DNA of 64,000 nucleotides from Octopus vulgaris (taxonomy: Eukaryota), in assembly GCA_951406725.2 (NCBI GenBank), contig OX597839.1, positions 11,470,001-11,534,000 of the forward strand. The letters run 5' to 3'. Position 1 is the first letter of the stretch; each line of letters starts with the position of its first letter. Positions 40,675 through 53,503 of the stretch are shown here, one piece after another. The position numbers and the translations under genes were made by a program. Below the pieces are notes generated by a model. That model was not told where the DNA came from. It saw only the letters and a list, made by a program, of their open reading frames with translations, and did no database searches.

Positions 40675-40683
40675 ATGTTTCAA
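40675..40683 (+). CDS. Candidate alternative first coding exon end (Met-Phe-Gln)
   Basis: gacATGTTTCAA|GTGAGT in unique sequence, TATA-like TTATAAG near 40523; phase 0 fits the 44933 exon. Confidence 0.3.
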
Positions 40684-41101
40684 GTGAGTTTTAGCACATT
40701 ATTTATTTATAGTCAATAGAAACAGCCAAACTGCCTAGGAATGCCCTCTTCTCTTTCCTCTCCAGTTCCGGCTGCTTGCTGTGGATAGTGTCTTGTCAGA
40801 TATCAACTGTTCAGTTTTGCTGCTTGGTAACTCCTTGGTAACAAGGAATGGCAATTAAATATAGCTGGAGATCAGAAGTTAACATGTTTTACACTCTAAA
40901 AGCTAATTATGGCTACATAGTGTTAGTGTGTGTATGTATGTACGTATGTATGTATATTATTATGTTTATATCATTTCCGCAAAGGCGTGGCTGGGTGGTA
41001 AGAAGCTCGCTTCCCAACCACATGATTGCAGGTTCAGTCCCAGCATGGGACCATGAGCAAGTGTCTTCTACTGTCGTAGAAGCCTATCATATATATATAT
41101 A

Positions 41102-41310
41102 GTTAATCCAAGCATGAAAACACAAAGAGAAAACACAACAATGCGGGGACGTGGAACAAGTATAGTGTTATTGGACGCTCAGGAAAGGAAAGAAAGAAAG
41201 AGGATTTAACATTTTGAGCAGAGCTCTTCGTCAGAAAGATAGGAAAAGGAAAGATCCAAGGAAGGGAAGACGGAGGGAAAATAAATCGCCAACGGTACAC
41301 ACGCGGTCAC
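41102..41310 (-). mobile_element. Second copy of the Penelope-like element, with CpG-decayed hammerhead
   Basis: Reverse complement reads CTGACGAAGAGCTCTGCTCAAAATGTTA; sits in the microsatellite of a family A SINE. Confidence 0.62.
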
Positions 41311-41813
41311 GTGTGTGTGTGTGTTTGTGTTCATGTCTGTGTTTGTTCCCCACCACTGCTTGACAACCAGTGTTGGTGCATTTATGTCCTTATGACTTAG
41401 GAGTTCAATGAAGAGACCAATAGAATAAGTACCAGGCTTTTAAAAAAAGAATAAGTAATGGTGTCATTCGACTAAAAATTCAAGGTGGTACCCCAGAATG
41501 GCTGAGTCTGACTGAAACAAATAAAACATAAAAAGTTATATATATACATATCATCATCATCATTGTTTAACGTCCGTTTTCCATGCTAGCATGGGTTGGA
41601 CGGTTCAACTGGGGTCTGGGAAGCCAGAAGACTGCACCAGGCCCAGGCTGATCTGGCAGTGTTTCTATAGCTGGATGCCCTTCCTAATGCCAACCACTCT
41701 ATGAGTGTAGTGGGTGCTTTTTACATACCACTGGCACAGGTGCCAGATGAGGCTGGCAAACGGCCACAATCGGATGGTGCTTTTTATGTGCCACCGGCAC
41801 GGAGGCCAGTTGG

Positions 41814-41870
<57 letters not shown>

Positions 41871-42000
41871 GGAGAGAGAGAGAGAGAGTGGATGAAAGCA
41901 CTAATATATGATTTATAAAAATATGTAACATGCTATTAGATATCTGTAAATATAAAACCATCCAGATTTCTGAGTACCTCATTTCTTCTAATATATACAT

Positions 42001-42063
<63 letters not shown>

Positions 42064-42305
42064 CATACACTCATAATGTAAATAGGTAGATAGAATGAAT
42101 TTGATGTTGGGTACATTTGACAATAAGTTTGTGGAAAAAATTTCATCACACACCATACAGTAATTAAATTAAGTACTAAAAACTATGATAGTTTTTCACC
42201 TCTAGGCAGGCTCTAACTAATCCAACAGACTGAAGATCACAAGTGTTCCGGCCCTGACCATCATGTCTTCAATTTACTCAGACGTGATATATTCATTCAT
42301 ATATA

Positions 42306-42483
42306 CAACGGGGTGGCGAAAAGTTCCTGGCTTTGGGTAAAAGAAAATACAGGAGGATCTGCTAATTATGATTTTATCCAACATAATCACACTTATTGTG
42401 GCAGTTTTTCTAAACCCTGTAAAAGAACTCTGAAGGTTGAGCCTTGAACTAAGCCTTTTGGGATACCCTTAAAGCCAGGAACT
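42306..42483 (-). mobile_element. Mariner-derived MITE (partial)
   Basis: GGGGTGGCGAAAAGTTCCTGGCTTT...AAAGCCAGGAACT. Confidence 0.65.
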
Positions 42484-42517
42484 GAATGATCTAATTTTGC
42501 TTGTTATATGGTATTGT

Positions 42518-42810
42518 GTGGAGGCGCAATGGCCCAGTGGTTAGGGCAGTCGTAAGATCACGGTTTTGATTCCCAGACCAGGCGTTGTGAGTGTTTATTG
42601 AGCGCAAACACCAAAAGCTCCACGAGGCTCCGGCAGGGGTTGGTGGTGATCCCTGCTGTACTCTTTTGCTACAACTTTCTCTCACTCTTTCTTCTGTTGG
42701 CCTGCTCACTTAGCCAGCAGGGTGGTGTCATTTGAAGGCTAAAACAATGCAAAGCGCATTGTGACCAGCAATGTGTAGCAACATCTGATAGCCTGGTTGA
42801 TCACAGTGAT
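42518..42810 (+). mobile_element. SINE family B
   Basis: Matches 7803-8108; candidate TSD atatggtattgt on both sides. Confidence 0.85.
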
Positions 42811-43627
42811 ATGGTATTGTAAAAGTACAGCATTAACACACCTCCACATATAACCAACATAACAGCTACCAACACACCACCGCCACCATCAGCAGCAGTA
42901 ATCACTGTACTTTCTTTTCCTCCTCTCCCCTTCCATTTATAATTAGTTGTGTTCATTAAAAAGAAAAGTCTGATGACTTCATTAACTGCAAGTAGTTGTG
43001 TTTAAGTACTCCTTGATTTCTGGAGTCCTTGACATCCTCTTCAATTGGTTTGTGGTTAATCTACTTGCCACCCTGCTGTTGCTGCTGAGAGCTTGCCTCC
43101 TCCTCCTCCTCCCCCTCCACATCATCATTTACAACAACAACAACAAAAACAAGAGATTCTGTGAAAATTAATTGTGGAAAAACAAAAATCTGAAACTGTA
43201 GGCATTCAAATATCATTTCCTGTTCACTTCTCTCAGCTGGGGGTGTGTATGTAGTGCGGTGCAGTGGGGTGGGGTAGAGTAGATTGGGATGGAATGACAT
43301 AGGGGTCAGTAGTGGGGATGGGGCTGGAGGTGAGCAGAGAGTGTGATAGGAAGAGTTTATTCAAAAATGTCTTCCTTGCATGAAGACTGTTTTTTTCATT
43401 AATTCTTTATAACAATTTCTCTACATGCATGCATACATAGCAGCCCATAAAAAGGAGTACTGGTGGAATGTCCCAGTGGAAGCCTCAATAAAATGTAAGC
43501 ACAATAGATCTGACATTGAGATTGGGGATAGAGAACAGAAACTGTACAGTTGTGAAAATCAACTGCTCAGCAGATGATAATAACATAAGGCTAAAAGATC
43601 AGTGAAAAGGAAAATACCTTATTCTGA

Positions 43628-44023
43628 ACTCTTTACTCTTTTACTTGTTTCAGTCATTTGACTGTGGCCATGCTGGAGCACCGCCTTTAGTTGAGCAAGT
43701 CAACCCCAGGACTTATTCTTTGTAAGCCTAGTACTTATTCTATCGGTCTCTCTTGCTGAACTGCTAAGTTACGGGCATGTAAACACACCAGCATCGGTTG
43801 TAAAGTGATGTTGGTGGGACAAACACAGACACACAAACATATACACACATACATATATACGACGGGCTTCTTCCAGTTTCCGTCTACCAAATCCACTCAC
43901 AAGGCTTTGGTCGGCCTGAGGCTATAGTAGAAGACATTTGCCCAAGGTGCCACACAGTGGGACTGAACCCAGAACCATGTGGTTCGTAAGCAAGCTACTT
44001 ACCACACATCCACTCCTATGCCT
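43628..44023 (-). mobile_element. SINE family A
   Basis: Full-length match. Confidence 0.85.
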
Positions 44024-44435
44024 ATTGAGAAATCTGCAGTTACTCTATCCAGATTACAAGTTCAGGTTTATACCTGTAATTATTGGAGCACTAGGATACA
44101 CAGCCTAAGTACCAATCTTGAGAAATTAGGCATCTCAAAATCAGAAAGGAGAAAGCTGATTCAAGGATTGCAGATCCAAGCCATCACGGGAACTGTAAAC
44201 ATTTGTAGAACTTTCCAGAAGTTTATCATTTAAGTATATATGCACATGTCTTGATGTAGAACTATATGTATGAAAATACATATATAAAACAAATCAGACA
44301 AATCTGCACAAGCACTGACTCCAAATAATGCACATATGTGCAGCTACATGCAAAAATACCCTGTTGATGTTGAAATTCCAATGAAGGAGCTTTGGATCTA
44401 GGTTAGAAACCAGCTCTTTCTCTGCTGGCAAAAAA
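44024..44435 (+). mobile_element. R4/Dong-like (RLE endonuclease) non-LTR retrotransposon 3' end
   Basis: LRNLQLLYPDYKFRFIPVIIGALG, frameshift, then LSTNLEKLGISKSERRKLIQGLQIQAITGTVNICRTFQKFII* (stop 44233) and a 3' UTR. Confidence 0.65.
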
Positions 44436-44450
44436 TTACCACCAAGTTAA

Positions 44451-44667
44451 CCATTTTGTTACCGTTTATTTTGAGATGCTCTGTTTCTTTCAATTATTTT
44501 AGATGTAACAAAGAATTTAGTAAAATAACTTTGTTATCATTAAGCTAGTGATAGGAATATAAATTGTGACTAAGGTTTGGTGGAAGATTTTAATTCAAAA
44601 TTTATGAAAACAAGACATTTGTACTACAAAGCCAGAGCCGGTTTCAGCCAGGTTGGTAACGAAAGGG
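44451..44667. mobile_element. piggyBac-like MITE
   Basis: TTAA|CCATTTTGTTACC...GGTAACGAAAGGG|TTAA; related degenerate copies near 45.2-45.9, 49.9-50.1, 53.56-53.78 and 58.58-59.2 kb. Confidence 0.65.
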
Positions 44668-44932
44668 TTAAAGCACAAGTGGCCAGATATTGTTTTATGG
44701 ACTGCAAGAAAAAGATTTACTCTGTGGTAAAAATCAACTGCCCTTTGACTCCATTGTGGTCAGAAAAAAAAAACACACACAAACACACATATTTGACTGA
44801 TATTTTATTTCCTAGACCCTACATAGATAAAAGGCAAAGTTGAGCTTGGTGAAATAATAATGACAATAATAATGTTTGACAGGAGTTTATCTTATCTGGA
44901 AGTTTTGATAATTTTTTTTTTCTTAATTTCAG

Positions 44933-45010
44933 TATCCAAGACAGAACAATAAGAATATTTTCTTGAGGAATCATTGGTCTTATGGTGGAGAACATTCTCA
45001 AGAAAGCCAG
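44933..45010 (+). CDS. Coding exon (78 nt, phase 0-0) YPRQNNKNIFLRNHWSYGGEHSQESQ, probably the same gene
   Basis: Long T tract plus tttcAG acceptor; consensus CAG|GTAAGT donor; 26 open codons, in phase with the 24147-24461 exon. Confidence 0.62.
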
Positions 45011-45241
45011 GTAAGTTGGTTTTCATTTCACCATTGTCTCATCTCTTCTCACCTCTCACATTCTGTAACATACATATATAATATGAAACCACTGTTTCAG
45101 GCAGGCCAATGAAGGAAACCTTTCAACTTGTAATACCAAATTTTCCTCAAACCTCAACCTACTGTCTTTAACCAGCTAACATTTAAACCATCCATAGCAA
45201 TATTGTGCCCAAATATTTTGCCTGTTTTATGTACAAACTGA

Positions 45242-45587
45242 AGCACAGAAGTGGCTGTGTGGTAAGTAGCTTGCTTACCAACCACATAGTTCCGGGTTCA
45301 GTCCCACTGTGTGGCACCTTGGGCAAGTGTCATCTACTATAGCCTCGGGCCGACCAAAGTCTTGTGAGTGGATTTGGTAGAGGGAAACTGAAAGAAGCCT
45401 GTCATATATGTGTGTGTTTGTGTCTGTGTTTGTCCCCTCAACATCGCTTAGCGGTTTGGCAAAAGAGACCGATACAATAAGTACTAAGCTTACAAAGAAT
45501 AAGTCCTGGGGGTCGATTTGCTCGACTAAAGGCGGTGCTCCAGCATGGCCACAGTCAAATGACTGAAACAAGTAAAAGAGTAAAGAG
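45242..45587 (+). mobile_element. SINE family A, splitting an older MITE
   Basis: Family motifs with a small internal deletion. Confidence 0.8.
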
Positions 45588-46045
45588 ATTTGCCCTCTCA
45601 CACTTTCCCCAAAACTAAACAAACACATAACTTCAAAGTTTTGAGATAATTCATGCATAATTGAGAACAATGTGAAGAAGTGAGCATTACATTTGGCAAA
45701 ATAATCTGAATGTGAACAGATTTAACCTTCTGGCATATTTCTGTTGAAATCCACTGGTTTTATTTTAATTTATTTTAAAATTTATGAATAATTTATTGAA
45801 ATAGTTTTGTCATTATTGAATGGAACCAGTGCTTGAAACATAAATCAAACTAGATTTTTGGTGGAAGGTTTTAATTTAGATCTCTTTAAAACAGGAAGTT
45901 TGGATTGAATAACCAGAAGTGACTTCAGTCAGGTTGATAAAAAAATTAAAGGCAAGGACATTAATGCCTTTGCTCTTTACAGAATGGTATGGACTGACCA
46001 TTACTTTGTTGGTGTTTTTTAACTGAGATCAGCCCTGATCAAACA

Positions 46046-46462
46046 AGGTGGCGAGCTGGCAGAATTGTTAGCACGCCAGGCGAAATGCTTAGCGGTATTT
46101 CGTCTGCCAATACGTTCTGAGTTCAAATTCTGCCGAGGTCGACTTTGCCTTTCATCCTTTCAGGGTCGATAAATGAAGTACCAGTTATGCACTGGGGATG
46201 ATGTAATCGACTTAATCCTTTTGTCTGTCCTTGTTTGTCCTCTCAGTGTTTAGCCCCTTGTGGGTAGTAAAGAAATAGGCATTTCGTCTGCTGTTATGTT
46301 CTGAGTTCAAATTCCGCCGAGGTCGACTTTGCCTTTCATCCTTTCAGGGTCGATAAATGAAGTACCAGTTATGCACTGGGGATGATGTAATCGACTTAAT
46401 CTGTCTGTCTGTCCTTGTTTGTCCTCTCTGTGTTTAGCGCCTTGTGGGTAGTAAAGAAATAG
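46046..46462 (+). mobile_element. Family C SINE with tandem duplicated body
   Basis: About 46097-46279 repeated at 46281-46462. Confidence 0.82.
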
Positions 46463-46611
46463 GTATAGGATCAGATAGATGCATTCCAGCTGTGACCAAA
46501 CAGATAGACAAATAATCAAATGCATTCAGCTCATCTCACCTCCAACCCCAACCACACCCCACATATGCTCAGTGTATCTAGGACTTCATTATGGAATGTA
46601 TAAGTCTAGTC

Positions 46612-46960
46612 GGTCGGGGACCCCCTTCGGTCATGACACTGACCATGGGATTGCACCGAGAAAGTTACCCTCCTAGTCACAAGTCTGGGCAAGGTGACTT
46701 TTTTATGGAAGACCAGCAGTTGCCCATGGATACCGGCCTCCCCTCTCTACGCCACCAGTGTTATCCAAGGGAAAGGCCAAAGGGCCGATACAGCTTGGCA
46801 CCCGTGACGTCGCAACTCATTTCTACAGCTGAGTGAACTGGAGCAACGTGAAATAAAGTGTCTTGCTCAAGAACACAACACACAGCCCAGTCCAGGATTC
46901 GAGCTCACAACCTCACGATTGTAAGCTCAATGCTCTAACCACTAAGCCATGTGCCTTCAC
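46612..46960 (-). mobile_element. tRNA-derived SINE, same family as 18415-18757
   Basis: Reverse-complement match. Confidence 0.8.
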
Positions 46961-47210
46961 TATAAGTCTAGTAGTTAATTGACATAGTAGCTAAGCAATG
47001 TAATGTTATTTTGAAGTTATCACATATGAAAAATGTTGAGCATTTTATTGTCCAGTGGTTTTCTTTGGTAAATTACATGACTGAGAATATACGATCAATA
47101 TACTCACTTATACGTTCACATATGATTACATATACAAACCAGCCATCAACTGCGAGTGAGTTTGGCTAAGAAACATGTACCATGCTTTTGTGAATTATGT
47201 TTGCTGCCTA

Positions 47211-47412
47211 CGAGGGGGTGCTGAAAAGTTCCTGCTGTTAAGGGTATTGGCGGCCCAATCTTCCAAGTTCTTTTGCAGGGCTTAGAAAAACTGAAGGACC
47301 ACTGTAATAAGTGTGTGAATCTGAAAGGGGAATATGTTGAATGAAATTATAATTAACTGATTCTCCTATATTTTCTTTTACCCAAAGCCAGCACCTTTTC
47401 ATCACCCACTCA
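47211..47412 (+). mobile_element. Mariner-derived MITE
   Basis: TA|CGAGGGGGTGCTGAAAAGTTCCTG TIR; internal remnant of the transposase C-terminus (LEKLKDHCNKCVNLKGEYVE*). Confidence 0.75.
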
Positions 47413-47432
47413 TGTGTGTGTGTGTGTATATA

Positions 47433-47481
<49 letters not shown>

Positions 47482-47494
47482 CTGTGGTATGTGA

Positions 47495-47783
47495 AAAAAC
47501 ATTTGAGCATGGTCATTGCCAGTGCTTGTTCCTGTGCAGGTGGCACGTAAAAAACACCTCTGAGCGTGGTCGTTGCCAGAACCGACTGACTGGCCCTCAT
47601 GCCGGTGGTACATAAAAGCACCCACTACACTCTCGGATTTGTTGGCATTAGGAAGGGCATCCAGCTGTAGAAACTTTGCCAGATCAGATTGGAGCCTGGT
47701 GCAGCCTTCTGGCTCGCCAGTCTTCAGTCAAACCATCCAACCCATGCCAGCATAGAACGTAGACATTAAACAACGATGATGAT
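47495..47783 (+). mobile_element. SINE-like family D
   Basis: Family core and (GAT)n tail. Confidence 0.75.
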
Positions 47784-47818
47784 ATATATACACATATATA
47801 CATACACACACATATATA

Positions 47819-48025
47819 TGAGGGGGTACTGAAAAGTTCCTGACTTTAAGGGTATTGTGAAAGTCCTTGTTGGAGGCCCAAACTTCCGAGTTCTTTTACA
47901 AGCGTTAGAAAAACTGAAGGGCCACTGCAATAAGTGTGTCGATCTGAGAAGGGTATATGTTGAATAAAATCACAATTAACAGATCCTCTTTTACTCAAAG
48001 CCAGGAACTTTACAGTACCCTTTCA
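47819..48025 (+). mobile_element. Mariner-derived MITE
   Basis: Same TIRs, TA flanks; remnant LEKLKGHCNKCVDLRRVYVE*. Confidence 0.75.
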
Positions 48026-49041
48026 TATGTAGTCGGGAGCAGATATAGGACATGCTGTCTTCTCTCCCACACTTTGACCTTGTGGCACTCTGCAAAGTGT
48101 GACGTGTAGAGAGAGAAACAGTTTGTATTCATTTTCATTGCAGTGCGTCATCCTCACCATCCCCAGCCAGTGTGTCATTTTTATAGCACTGTAGAGCTTA
48201 TTAAAACATCGACACCAAGCTACATTGTTGGGGCCTGACAAAGCAGTTTCAGAACCGAAAACAAATTGAAAGCAAATATTTCTTGTTTTGTGTACTGAAG
48301 TGCAGAGGTGAGACAGAAACGTCTTCCACTTCTGTCTGCTTTGATCAAAAACTGCTTGATTTAAAATCAGCAATAAGGTAAAAACTGATGTTGTGTTTGT
48401 TGTTCGTGAAGTGTTTGGTCTGTTTGTGGAATTTAATGAAAGATGGCTGCCTTTTCTCTCTCTCTCTCTCTTTCAGAGAAGTACATTTGTTCACACACAC
48501 ACACACACACACACACAACCCACACATGTGTGTTTCTATATATATATATATATATAGATATGTGTGTGCATTTATGTATAAATGCATATATATAAATGTA
48601 TGTATGCATATACATACATACGCACATATGCTCTCTTTATATATCTATCTATCTATCTATCTATCTATATATATATATACACACATACACCTGCATATAT
48701 ACATGTGTATATGTATGTGTAAATATATATATACACATACACACATACACCCGCATATATACATGTGTATATGTACGTATAAATATATATATATATACAC
48801 ACACATACACACATATACCTGCATATATACATGTATATGTGTGCGTAAAGATATATATATATATATATACACCATATCTATCTATGTAAATGCATATATG
48901 TTGTGTGTATATAAGTATATATGCATAAACAGACACACGCTCACACACTCATCATTCTCTCTCTTTCTTTCCCTCCTGTCTCACTCCCACCTCTCTCCCT
49001 CTCTCTCTCTCTAAATATATATATAATTATATATATATAGT

Positions 49042-49073
<32 letters not shown>

Positions 49074-49484
49074 TATATACTTATATTAGTTATTAGTTAT
49101 TAAGTTACAGCTGCAGGCAATATTTTAGATATTATTATCTACCAAATGTTTAGCTAAGTCTTCATTTAAAAGCTTTTTCAATTCAATTACAAAGACCCTA
49201 TGGCTTTGTTCTGTCAAAGGATTGATGTTTAATTAGCGACAACAAATTATGTCTGGCTTCTGACAAGCGGCTTTATTTGAATTTTCTTTTCTTTACATTT
49301 TCTTAGGTTGTCTAGGTCTGCCAATGTAGACATTCCTAGATTCTTTATCTCTGTCATTTATTATCATTTATGGCCAGTTTGTTGTAGACTGTTCGCATTC
49401 AGATTATTTTGATGCCCAGTCAGATATGCACATTTATTACTATTCGTTGCATATGCTGAGCTCTTGGCTGCAGTCAGTGTATGA

Positions 49485-49880
49485 ACCGCTTGAGCTTGAC
49501 CCCAATCTCTTTGTGGTTCCTTTGACCTTGATCTCAGTCTGTGTGTGGACCCCTTGACTGTGACTTCATTCTGTGTCGATCACTTGATCTTCACTTTAAT
49601 CTGTGTATGGCCCTTGACCTAAATCTGTCTGTGGACCCCTTCAACCTCGACCTCAATTTGTGTGTGGATCCCTCAACCTCAACCTCGATCTGTATGTGTA
49701 GCTTTCGACCTCAGCCCCAAACCATGTGCAGCTGTCAACCTTAGTCCACTATCTGCACAGCTCACCACCCTCATGCCCCAACTGTATGGAGATCACAACC
49801 TCCAGCCCCTAACTATCTGGCATTCACAACCTCAGCCCATTAACTGTGTGAAGATCATCACAACCTCAGCCCCTAGATGT
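49485..49880. repeat. Degenerate ~25-bp tandem repeat (CTGTGTGTGGACCCTTGACCT)
   Basis: Recurring motif. Confidence 0.55.
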
Positions 49881-50484
49881 GACACAAGGCCACAGTCCAA
49901 TGACCAAAACAAGTGAAAGATAAATGATTGTTCTCAATTAATCATGCACTATCTTGTAGCTCTGAGATTTCAATGGTATGATCATATACTTTTAGAATGA
50001 CATTGTAAGTAGGTGTAAGAGGCCTGATCTAGCCAATTTGAGTATAGAACATGTGGAATATTTGGGCCTGAAATGTCTTGTATAAATGCTAAAGAGTTAT
50101 GCAAAGGTCATCTAAATTAAGACCCTAATCAAAGAATTTTAATTGGGGTTTTTTTTTCTTTGTTTTGACTTAATTCTTTACCAAAACATAGTGCAGCCCC
50201 ACTCCCTGTCCCTTTCCCTTCCAGTAAACCCCCTTTGGTGCATATAGAACTAAAATCATTTATTTCCCAGTGCAAAATCTTGCCTCTTCCTTCTGTACTC
50301 CACGTTACTCCTTCCCACCCACCCCCGCTCTCTGCTTCCACTTAAGCTGAAGAGGAGGTACTCATTTTTCATTTTTTTTTTTTTAAATTGTGTTTACAGC
50401 TCACCACTCCAGTTCCTGTTTTGAGCATAGACAAATAGCATTTGTTTTTGATCTGTGTTGGTATTTTTAATCAGCTAATACATC

Positions 50485-50516
<32 letters not shown>

Positions 50517-50611
50517 GTACTACTACTACTATTACTACTACTTGATTATTTCAAGTACTCAAAGCTCTTAGGAAGTCTTACTATCAAAAAAGATATCTCA
50601 GCTGTTGATAC

Positions 50612-50668
<57 letters not shown>

Positions 50669-50712
50669 GTATATATATATATATATAAATATATATGTGT
50701 ATCTATATATAC

Positions 50713-50762
<50 letters not shown>

Positions 50763-50817
50763 GTATATATATATATATGTATATATATGTATATATATAT
50801 ATATGTATATATATATG

Positions 50818-50850
<33 letters not shown>

Positions 50851-50960
50851 GTTATATATATATATGTATATATATATGTATATATATATGTATATATATA
50901 TGTATATATATATATGTATATATATATATGTGTATATATATATATATGTATATATATATG

Positions 50961-51011
<51 letters not shown>

Positions 51012-51083
51012 GTCATCATCATCATCATCATCATCATCGTTTAGCGTCCGTTTTCCATGCTAGCATGGGTTGGACTATATATG

Positions 51084-51114
<31 letters not shown>

Positions 51115-51147
51115 GTATATATATATGTATGTATATATATATATATG

Positions 51148-51216
<69 letters not shown>

Positions 51217-51277
51217 GTCATCATCATCATCATCATCATCGTTTAGCGTCCGTTTTCCATGCTAGCATGGGTTGGAC

Positions 51278-51310
<33 letters not shown>

Positions 51311-51400
51311 ATATATATGTGTGTGTGTATCTCTATATATATATATATATGTATGTATGTATGTGTATATATATATATACACACACACATACATACATCC
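50612..51400. repeat. (TG)n/(TA)n compound microsatellite
   Basis: Read directly. Confidence 0.95.
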
Positions 51401-51632
51401 ATGTGTGTGTGTAAATGTATACTCAGACACATGTACACACATCATTTATGTCTCCTCCCTCCCCTCCAAATCATCTCAATATAATGGACCCAACCACTGC
51501 AATATAGTTTTGCAAAGTACTTGTACTCGATTCTAGCGTTTTTACACACACACGTGTACGCACGTCCATGCATACACTTGGGTTATTATTGATTAATTAA
51601 TTAATAATAAAGACAACCGATGTCTGTTATTA

Positions 51633-52040
51633 TAGGCGCAGGAGTGGCTGTGTGGTAAGTAGCTTGCTAACCAACCACATGGTTCCGGGTTCAGTCCCAC
51701 TGCATGGCACCTTGGGCAAGTGTCTTCTACTATAGCCCCGGGCCGACCAATGCCTTGTGAGTAGATTTGGTAGACGGAAACTGAAAGAAGCCTGTTGTAT
51801 ATATGTATATGTGTGTGTTTGTGTGCGTCTGTGTTTGTCCCTCTAGCATTGCTTGACAACCGATGCTGGTGTGTTTACATCCCCATCACTTAGCGGTTCG
51901 GCAAAAGAGACCGATAGAATAAGTACTGGGCTTACAAAGAATAAGTCCTGGGGTCGATTTGCTCGATTAAAGGTGTGCTCCAGCATGGCCACAGTCAAAT
52001 GACTGAAACAAGTAAAAGAGTAAAAGAGAGAGTAAAAGAG
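51633..52040 (+). mobile_element. SINE family A
   Basis: Full-length match. Confidence 0.85.
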
Positions 52041-53080
52041 AGAATGAACCTCCCGAAATACAATGTAATGTATTATGTATATATGTATGTACATACTTAA
52101 CATACATGCTTATGTATGTCTAATGCCTGTAGATGGTGGAGAGAAAGAAGAAAAAAAGCATCCAGAATATTTATTAGTTTGTGGAGTTAGATATTCCTTA
52201 ATACAAGAAACTGACAGATTTGTTGAAATATGATGTTCTACAGAAATTCCTGCCAGCTCTGCTGTTGTCATCACCCTCATCATCTTTGCTATTATGGTAA
52301 TCTTCACTCACTCACTTATTCATTCATCAGGCTCTGTAACCCTGTAGTGTTGCCTGCTGTGGGAGTCTCTGTGGTCTCTCTCTTCCACTTATTACCCACT
52401 CCCAGCTGACAATCAGCTCTGTGTCCCCCCTCATCCCCTGCCATCATTCCCATCATCATCATCATCATTGTCAACATGCCCCCCCTCCTTTTTTTCTGCT
52501 TCTTTCATATTCATTGAAAAGCTAAAAAACTAATGTTTTCTCTGCACAGCTGTCTTTCCAACTTCTTAAAGCAGCTACCTACCTACCCACTTCTGTACAC
52601 TACCTACCCTACATACCTACTGGCACCCAAACAGCCCTTTACACTAAGTAGTACAGAACACACTGTCCTCACTGACATATTTCTGCCCTAGTTTTCTCTC
52701 CCAGTTCTCCCATTAACCTAAATAATTACCTTTCTCTGCCCCTGGTGTACTCATTAATTTAGCTAACTTTTCTGAACTTTAAAATGATCTGCTGACCTCT
52801 GTCCCAATTATTTCTTATAATGACCTTCATTGATTTGGACTTAGTAAATCCCCAAGTGTAAAACCTTCAGTAATTTGACCTTCATCCCATTTCCTATAAT
52901 AGCCCATACTGACATCCATCTTGGCCTCCTTTTAATGGTATACATTCAAGAGGACTTAATACTCCCAGTGCAAAACCCTCACTGACCTCTGTCCTTGTCC
53001 TTATAACAGTTCATCCTTACATGGGCTTCAATAAGACCACAGTGTGAAACACTCAGTTGTAGTTGGTTGGTACTTTATTT

Positions 53081-53503
53081 GGATCTTTTCAGTTTAAACC
53101 ACAGTTTTTTTCTAGCAGTGTCATATGAAATTGTCACCCATAATTATGACCCTAGTATCAATCTATTGCATTTCAATCTGTTTTAGGTTTAGGGTTAGGG
53201 TTAGGGGTGGGGGAAGGGTATCTTTTTTTCTTCACAAATGTAAATAAACCCAATCTGTTTCTTAAACGAGGGACATATTCATACGGCACAGAATATTTTC
53301 ACCTCAATGGACATCATTGATTGTTTGAAATTGCAGAAATTGAAGAAAAAAAACAACAAATATCTTACAAACTATAGAATTTTCTCAAGAAAGCCAAGAG
53401 AAAAAGATGTTTTATAAACACATTCTACCAGTATACAAAGTTTAAAATTTTTTAGTTACCTAGAAATTATGTTAAAAAACTGCCGTTCAAACCAAAAAGA
53501 TCC
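53081..53503 (+). mobile_element. ~420-bp MITE copy 5
   Basis: Same TIRs; perfect 8-bp TSD ctttattt. Confidence 0.9.

Noticed and set aside
50442-51536. Long ORFs of YI/CV/HT repeats (also near 19.3, 30, 35, 48.4 and 55.5 kb)
   Set aside because: Translations of (TA)n, (TG)n and (CA)n microsatellites
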